A program made the translations under genes and the position numbers. The notes under the pieces were generated by a model, which saw nothing but the letters and a program-made list of their open reading frames with translations, did no database searches and was not told the DNA's origin. From assembly GCA_964019335.1 (NCBI GenBank), contig OZ025748.1:1-64000 (forward strand): a DNA stretch of 64,000 nt. Reading direction: 5' to 3'. Origin of the DNA: Diplonema japonicum. Its lineage: Eukaryota; Protista; Euglenozoa: Diplonemea. Shown in pieces: positions 57,239 to 64,000 of this stretch. Each line of letters starts with the position of its first letter. Position 1 is the stretch's first letter.

Positions 57239-58474
57239 ATGATGCTTATAATCTATGCGGCATTGTGTTCACTGTCGGTGTCGGGGAGGGATCCGCGGGC
57301 GCCGGATTTTTACTATGAAACGGTGGAGGTGTTGAAAGGAGAAGGCTACAAGGCAGCAGCGGGCTGGGAAGACGGTGAAGGCTGGCTGGCCATCCTCAAC
57401 AACACCCATGTACTCGGTTTCGAGAAAGAAAATAACGGCGCAAAGTTATCCCGTACCGCGAAGATTGACCACGGACTGTCAACCTGCGTAGTGGACGGCC
57501 GTATCATGGTCAGAACAAAAAACGCAGTAAAAATTTTTTCAAAAACGTTCGACTCGAAAAATGCAACGGTCCACCCGATGCCCACAGCGAAACAAGACAG
57601 TATTTTAATCCACAAAAAGTTCCACCGGCAATGGTTCGACCTCCAACCTAACATAGGTGTCCAATTGTACAGTTTGCCAGACGGGGACAACGCCCCCGTC
57701 AGCGAGGCATATATCTCATTACCACATGCAACAGGTGGGTTCTGGTCTCAAAACAAACTTTTTGTGTATACTCGTGAAACAGGGGAGATATTCATCCTGA
57801 ACGGAAACCTAACCGAACACCGTGTTTTGTATCAAAGGGGTACAAAGGATATAATTGGAATCACACCGTCTCCTTCGCAAGAACACGTTATCGCTGTCAC
57901 GCAGACGTCGATCATCACGGTCGACGCGAATACCGGCGCTGTTTTTTCTGAAAACACGGAAATTTTTGACATCATCAACCACCCAGTTATGTTTACGTCT
58001 GATGGGGGCGCATCCGGGGCATTTGTCGAAGTGTCACAGCTGCTTCTTCTTGATTTGGGGAATCCGCCTTCTTATCTACATGACATTGCCTCGTATCCTA
58101 TTATTTCCCTGCAGGGACCTCCTACTAGTGTTGTTGTTACTTCTGTTGATTTTACTGTTGTCACCACCACAACGGGGCTTTACATTTTTCGAACCACGTT
58201 TACCAATCCTGTGCCTTGGGTGTGGGTTCTTCTTGTGTTCTTCGTCGTTTGTCTGCCTTTAGTAGGGGTGGTTGTGTATTGCAAGCTGCGGGCTCGGCGG
58301 CGGAAGGAATCGTTACACGCTGAGGCAATCGGGAACTCGTCTGCTGAAGAAATGCGCGAGGAGGAGGAAAGATGTCCCACCATTGCCACCTCCCCTGAGG
58401 AACACCCTGGCAGCACACCAGCGAATTCACCGAACGGTGGTGCCATGATGATGGATGAAGACAGCTTGATATAA
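57239..58474 (+). CDS. Type I membrane protein with beta-strand-rich (possibly propeller) ectodomain
   Basis: Signal peptide; TM helix PVPWVWVLLVFFVVCLPLVGVVVYC followed by a basic stop-transfer. Confidence 0.75.
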   Translation: MMLIIYAALCSLSVSGRDPRAPDFYYETVEVLKGEGYKAAAGWEDGEGWLAILNNTHVLGFEKENNGAKLSRTAKIDHGLSTCVVDGRIMVRTKNAVKIFSKTFDSKNATVHPMPTAKQDSILIHKKFHRQWFDLQPNIGVQLYSLPDGDNAPVSEAYISLPHATGGFWSQNKLFVYTRETGEIFILNGNLTEHRVLYQRGTKDIIGITPSPSQEHVIAVTQTSIITVDANTGAVFSENTEIFDIINHPVMFTSDGGASGAFVEVSQLLLLDLGNPPSYLHDIASYPIISLQGPPTSVVVTSVDFTVVTTTTGLYIFRTTFTNPVPWVWVLLVFFVVCLPLVGVVVYCKLRARRRKESLHAEAIGNSSAEEMREEEERCPTIATSPEEHPGSTPANSPNGGAMMMDEDSLI

Positions 58475-58506
58475 TAAAATTGTCAGTTCAGGGATTTTTT
58501 TTTCTT

Positions 58507-58543
<37 letters not shown>

Positions 58544-59358
58544 TTCCCCCCTCGAATAACGAAGAAAAAAAAAAGAGAAAAAATTGGGGAAAAAAAAAAA
58601 GAAAGAAAAAAAAAAAAAAAAAGCGCACAAAATGGACAAGAATTCGGTGTTATGACCCAGGGTTTTTTTCTGGGGGGAGGGAGAAGGAACAAAAAACAAA
58701 ACATACGCACCTCCTTTTTCTAGTTTCTTCTTTTTAACATTTCCTTCCGGTACAACCGGGAAGACGGATTAAAAAAAAAAAAAAAAAAAAGAAGAAAACA
58801 TTTAAAAGGAGTGGGTGTGGGGGAGCAACCATTCTTAGTCGTGCGCGGTCTGGAAGAAAGAAAAATTTAAAAAAAAAAAGAAAAAGATATCTTAATTTAT
58901 CAAAAAAAAACTTTTTTTTATAATTATAAAAAGTGGAAAGCACAGTCTTCGCTGCACAAAAGTCAGTTGTCTTTTTTTTTTTTTCTTTCTGCCTCTTCGG
59001 CCTGTGTCCGACTCAAACATTATTCTCGGATGGCAGGCAAACCCTATCCTAACCCTATCCTCATGGGCACACCGACAATGGTAGCGGTAACCTTCCAAAA
59101 AATGCTTTGATCGAGTTCCGCAGGAGATTGCCACAATTTCCTTAAAGCCCTGTGTAATGCGAACAAATATAGAGCCCCCGAAAAAAAAAGGGGGGGGGGG
59201 GCATTGCGGTTGCAAATAGTAGGGTATACGTTGCGAAACCGATAAAAAAAAAAAGAAGAATAAGAAAAACCCCCAAGTATGCTGGTGGAAACTCTTCGCT
59301 TTGGGAAGAAAAAAGAGGAGGGGTGTAATAAGGTGTTGCTAAGGTACCTTTTCTTCTT

Positions 59359-59687
59359 TAGGTGGTGGGGATAACATGGAAATATAAGAAGTACATCAGA
59401 TGTGTTGTTCGCTGTTGACCTCCTCATCGGTCATCACCGGTAGCGCCCGAGTGGAAGAACGTAACGCAGATGCTCAGGGTGACGAACAGGCAGCAAACTG
59501 CACGAGCGCAGAATCTTGGTTACCCGGGACGCCCCGGCTAGGGTTGAGCACACCGCATGCATTAAGGACACGACGCGGAACGCAGAAGAAGCTACTGCTC
59601 GGCCGAGGAGCGCCCCCTGTAATCAAGTAGGTAGTTCGTGCTTCGTTGCACGCTTAACGCCACCTAGTGTTGCAATCAAAGCCCCAT

Positions 59688-59727
<40 letters not shown>

Positions 59728-61048
59728 CCAGGAAAGGGAAAGGGTTCCCAAGCATGCATAGAAACGGGGAAAAAAAAAAAGAAACTTCATACCTGACTCC
59801 CTCTTGTTTGTTCTTGACACGGTAAATGAGGCCTGGGACCGCCTCCAATATGTTTGCTTTTGCTCCTGTGAACCTATATGCTTTAGAAGAGGTTTAACGC
59901 AATCCTTTGATTTTTTTTTTTTTTTTCCCATTCTGTTTTCTCTCTTTTTTTTCCCCTTCTGAAAACCGACCCAAAGACGGATTCGGATAGATAAGAGAAC
60001 CACCACCACTCATCACCAGCTTCTACAGAAGATGCGCATAAGGGTGAAGGTGTTCAAAATGAATCTTTTTTATCCAGTGAATGCAGTGTGGGGGTGAGCT
60101 TTTGTTCGCAGATAGAGGAAGGGTGGGGGGTGGGGGGGGGGGGGAGAGAAAAATTCTCCAATTCATATTATTTTCCCTCTTCGTGTTATTCAGCCCCCCC
60201 CCCCCCCCCCCCTTCCTTCCTAGGACTATGCTGGCAGGAAACGTCTCCGTTTCCGTTTCCATACTTTTCAAAATTCTTATGGAAACGCGTTTCTTTCTTA
60301 AGGAAACGTAAGGAAACGTTTCCGTATCCGTTTCCGTTTCCCTTTTTTTCAAAACATGCATGGAAACGCGTTTCCATGCCAGCTTATACATAGTCCTAGG
60401 AAGGGGAAAAGAGCTTCCTCGTGGGGGCAAGAATTATTTGTGTTTTTCATTTTTTTTTTAACATAGACCTCCCCCTCCTATAGTGCGGCTCTAGCGGGGG
60501 GCTTGTCCTGTACTTTGAGTTTTTTTTCTTCTTCCGGCTGCACAGGTTCTTTTCAGGTCAAAAAAAAGAAGAAACTGGATGGTCATATTCTTTCCCCCCT
60601 CTTCCTTTGCGAGATCATAAGGTGGTACAGAAAGTAAAATGAAACGAAAAATCTTTTTTTTCAGGAAAAAAAAAATACCCCCCTTTTTATATTTTAGGGA
60701 CTCAGAATCCACACAATGCCCAACAGGGGGAGGACCAAGATTTGTTAATTCCCCCCTCCCCCACCACCAATTTCTTTTTGTAGTCCCAAAATAAATCATA
60801 TTAAACTCGATGATACCCTGCACAAGCACCATCTACTTGATTACAGGGGGCGCACCTCGACCTAGCTGTCTCTGTTCCGCGTTGCGTCCTTAATGCGTAC
60901 GGTGTGCAGCTCAACCCCAGCCGGGGCGCCAACCAAGATTCTGAGTCCGTGCAGTTTGCTGCCTGTTCGTCACCCAGAGCATCTGCGGTGATGACCAACG
61001 AGGAGGTCAACAGCGAACAACACATCTGATGTACTTCTTTACCACCTA
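59359..61048. mobile_element. Long-inverted-repeat element (arms about 59386-59630 and 60833-61039)
   Basis: Arms of roughly 210-245 bp are reverse complements with indels; outer ends TAGGTGGT / ACCACCTA. Confidence 0.7.
60215..60404. repeat. MITE-like hairpin with GGAAAC/GTTTCC internal motifs
   Basis: Perfect 16-bp IR CCTTCCTAGGACTATG (60215-60230 / 60389-60404) plus inner IR GCTGGCA(T)GGAAACG. Confidence 0.75.
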
Positions 61049-61358
61049 TTATAATAAAAAAAAAGCACTTCGGAAAAAAAAAAAAAAAAAAAAAAAGAAG
61101 GTGAGACCACGACCCGAGAATAACCCAAATTTAAGTGCAAAAAAATAAAATAAAATTTAGAACTCCCCCTTTAAAACGATGTGTTGATTCTGAGCCTTGC
61201 TTTCTCCTTTTATCCCCCCCCCCCCACCACCACTCTTCCCCATCTGGCAACCACACGCACTTTTTTTTCTTCTTTTTTTTTTTTAAATCCCCTCTCGACA
61301 ACACCCGCGGAAGAAGCAAAAAAAAAAAAAAAAAAAAAAAAAAAGTGAACAAACTTAA

Positions 61359-63512
61359 ATGACCACGTTGTCGCTTACAAGGAGAAAGCGATGGCACACA
61401 AAAGGACTACCTTACAGGCTTCCCGTAGGGGTGCTGCATGAAGAAGGACGGGACAACCGGGACAACACCCACAACGATGTAGATATGAGTGGTTTGACAA
61501 CTGTAAAACACGCCCTTGAAAGCCTGAAGGAAGAAGTCAACGCGAAAATCAGCAAGGCAGGCTGGGAAAATAGACCTCACGGGGCAACTTTACTACATGA
61601 AGGCGAGGCCTACCTATGCTCTTTAAAGGCGTACTATGACAGCTTCTGTTCACAACAAGGGAGGGAACTCCTGGGGAACGTCGCCGACTGCTTCGAGAGG
61701 ATTCTCGCAGAAACCGGAAAGCTGACTGACAAGGTACAGAGAGCCGGGGAAAGAATATTAGAAATTGAAAACGCACACAAACTCATGATCAAGGACCTCA
61801 AACAAGATTTTGCGACAAAACTGTCAAGTTGCAAGGCGACCGTTCAACAGGCTTCCACCTACACCACACAACTCCAACGAACTGCGGACATTGCCACCCG
61901 TGAAATAAACCAGCAAACCACCACGGTCTTCTCCTTGAAAAAAATAATTTCCGAACACGAGCTCAACAGAGACCAAGCTGCGCAAAGGCTCTCGGACGGC
62001 CACTCAACCCTCAGGTGTGTGTACGCGAAGGTGCAACGACTGCAGGAGGAAAACGAATTGCTGCGGAAAATCGCAAGACATAACACATGCCTTTTAGATG
62101 AAATCGATGAGTTGAAACGCGCGCACGAAACCTTGAAAGGTGAAAACACACGCGTGGAAATGCTTTTGACAGACTGCGAAAACAAAATGCTTGTCGAGAA
62201 AACAGAGTGGAAGCAAAGAATGGTGAATGGGAACAGGTCGCATAATATAATCGAAGCCGAGCTTGCAACGCTTCGACTTGAGCACGCGGACGCCACCAGC
62301 AAGCTTGCTGAGATGGGTTCCGAGATAGCGTATTTAAGAGAAAACTACACCCCACGTCCAAAAGGATTTCGGAACCCCGGACAATCCACACGGGATTTTA
62401 CGCAAAACCTGCAGGACAAAACGGTAAAACTGGAGAACGTCTTGGAACACACAGCGAAGAAACTGACATCCGCGGAAGCGTTCGCCACGTTTCTCGCAGA
62501 GGAGGATCGTGCTGCGGTGCCGGAGTGTTTCCCGCACCACAGCAAGAATCTTCCTGGAAAAGGCGGTTTCAAATGGATACCGGTCCATCTCCGGCATTTC
62601 GGATCGCTTCGACATCGTAGCCTGACCACTCTCGATGTCCAACACACCATGAAAGAACTGGAACTCTGGGCCGGCCCCTTCAAACTAGAAGACCCAAACG
62701 TTGAACCACAGGACCTTTTATGGTCATGGATATCTGCAAAACACCAACCGTCAGAACACCACGAGACAATATACAACATTCTGGAGGCTGCGAAACGGAG
62801 TAAAAACCCGATTTTAATTGCATATGATGAGTGGTTCAACGGGGAGATAAGCTGGGCCAGTATTAAGGAACTGGAAAGGGTCGAGACAGCACTGGTGGAG
62901 GACATCGAGAAAGCAGCGGCCGGGAAGAAAGAGCTGCAGAAGAAACGATTTATCGAGGTGATTGCGCAGTTTTTCGGGAAATCGAAAACCGAGGGTGAAT
63001 ATTTCCAGCTGCGGTGTGCGTTGCAGCGAGACATAGATGCCTCAGGAGGGAGGAAGAAAAAAGTTAGTTCCAACCCTGTATACTGGCAGGCATTGTTCTC
63101 ACCCACTGCACCTAATGCTTCTTCGGATTTCCTAACATCGCTACGCGCGCAGCATTTCCAAAATATTCATGATCTTACCGCGGATGTTGAACACCTTCTC
63201 CACTCCAGCTCCATTGCTTCACACGATGTCTTGTACACCAGCACGTTGTTGCTGACGTCTATTATCCTCTCGGTCGAGCCCCTCACGCCAAGCTCTTTGG
63301 CTGCTTCGATATCCCAGGCTTTATCCGAATCTGGGGAGTCTATTTTCCCCTTGCAACCCCTTGTGGCCAGGCTTCGGAAGGGGCTCAACCTGAAACGTCT
63401 TTCTAAAAAACAGGATTTAAAACGACCCTTGAAAAGCTTGATGACCGACGCAATCACACGCGCGAACGCTGAACTACAAAAGGAGCTTAAGAGTAGAGAA
63501 GCGGAGGATTGA
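61359..63512 (+). CDS. TSNAXIP1: Translin-associated factor X-interacting protein 1-like axonemal coiled-coil protein
   Basis: Long coiled coil, then YTPRP, G.G...IPVHLRHFGSLRHRSL...DV...MKEL, YN, and F...LRAQ. Confidence 0.7.
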   Translation: MTTLSLTRRKRWHTKGLPYRLPVGVLHEEGRDNRDNTHNDVDMSGLTTVKHALESLKEEVNAKISKAGWENRPHGATLLHEGEAYLCSLKAYYDSFCSQQGRELLGNVADCFERILAETGKLTDKVQRAGERILEIENAHKLMIKDLKQDFATKLSSCKATVQQASTYTTQLQRTADIATREINQQTTTVFSLKKIISEHELNRDQAAQRLSDGHSTLRCVYAKVQRLQEENELLRKIARHNTCLLDEIDELKRAHETLKGENTRVEMLLTDCENKMLVEKTEWKQRMVNGNRSHNIIEAELATLRLEHADATSKLAEMGSEIAYLRENYTPRPKGFRNPGQSTRDFTQNLQDKTVKLENVLEHTAKKLTSAEAFATFLAEEDRAAVPECFPHHSKNLPGKGGFKWIPVHLRHFGSLRHRSLTTLDVQHTMKELELWAGPFKLEDPNVEPQDLLWSWISAKHQPSEHHETIYNILEAAKRSKNPILIAYDEWFNGEISWASIKELERVETALVEDIEKAAAGKKELQKKRFIEVIAQFFGKSKTEGEYFQLRCALQRDIDASGGRKKKVSSNPVYWQALFSPTAPNASSDFLTSLRAQHFQNIHDLTADVEHLLHSSSIASHDVLYTSTLLLTSIILSVEPLTPSSLAASISQALSESGESIFPLQPLVARLRKGLNLKRLSKKQDLKRPLKSLMTDAITRANAELQKELKSREAED

Positions 63513-64000
63513 ACCTGGACCTCGCCTTCCGGCCGGTTTTTTTTTTTTTTTTTTTTTTTCTCTTTTTTTTTCTTATTTCCACGGTGCACGCCACTTTAAA
63601 AAAAAAGGAGGTGGGATAAAGGGGAAAATAAAAACAATATAAAGGGAGGGGAGGGGGGGGTTTTTTTTTTACCCTCCCCCCCATATTCCCCCCCCTCACC
63701 GATACACTGGAAGAAGTAAGTCTTACTGCGGAAGGGCGATGGCTGCTGGGCCCTGTCGCAGCCAGGGACAAAAAGGCGAAGGGGGTCCCTGAGGAATGCT
63801 TGACATGCAGTTGTGGAAGGCTAGCGCATGGTCTCCCGAAAAGGGTGCGAGAGGCGCTGGTCAGGACTGGGAAGTTTAAGGACCATGACAGTGACAACCC
63901 CCACGATCCCGTAAAAAACAGAACGGGTGTTGCTCCAGCGGTGATGCCGGAGCAAGCTACTGGGGTCCCTGACCCCCCGAGAACAGTGGGCCTCACTACA

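Noticed and set aside
60988-61030. C/D snoRNA (GTGATGA...CTGA)
   Set aside because: Too short, no terminal stem or guide identified, and it lies within a repeat arm.
50575-61040. Spliced-leader remnants (CTGTACTTT-like words at about 50582, 60508 and 61028)
   Set aside because: Matches of 9 nt or less with no upstream SL sequence and no SL RNA gene structure.
63720-64000. Start of a further gene or element
   Set aside because: Truncated by the window edge; no consistent frame or motif.
1-64000. CRISPR array or prokaryotic operons
   Set aside because: No repeat-spacer arrays; the sequence is eukaryotic with spliceosomal introns.

Overview
Eukaryotic genomic window from a flagellated protist. 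By inference it is a euglenozoan, probably a diplonemid or relative: all host genes lie on one strand, short GT-AG cis-introns are present, and it encodes EFHC1/Rib72, TSNAXIP1, saccharopine reductase and a Pro/Thr-stalked multipass surface protein. Bases 1-10.3 kb are a nested mobile-element cluster read on the minus strand. It holds a (GCGGGTTT)n array abutting the 3' end of a near-intact CRE/SLACS-clade RLE non-LTR retrotransposon, directly preceded by an ORF with a complete AlkB-type 2OG-Fe(II) dioxygenase domain. Beyond that are a decayed hAT transposase, a DIRS/TATE-type RT fragment preceded by a second copy of the same AlkB module, a hAT-like MITE and an ingi/I-type RT fragment. Bases 11-63.5 kb are a unidirectional plus-strand cluster of about 24 genes separated by homopolymer-rich spacers. 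Many of their short introns carry an A-rich tract before the 3' CAG instead of a polypyrimidine tract, and they sit mostly near the 3' ends of genes. Non-autonomous elements in the spacers include a 2.06-kb element with 24-bp TIRs and two tRNA-like Pol III units (51495-53553), and a roughly 1.7-kb long-inverted-repeat element with a nested hairpin (59359-61048). The most notable candidate system is an AlkB demethylase module travelling with retroelements. All calls come from reading motifs by eye; no database searches were run.
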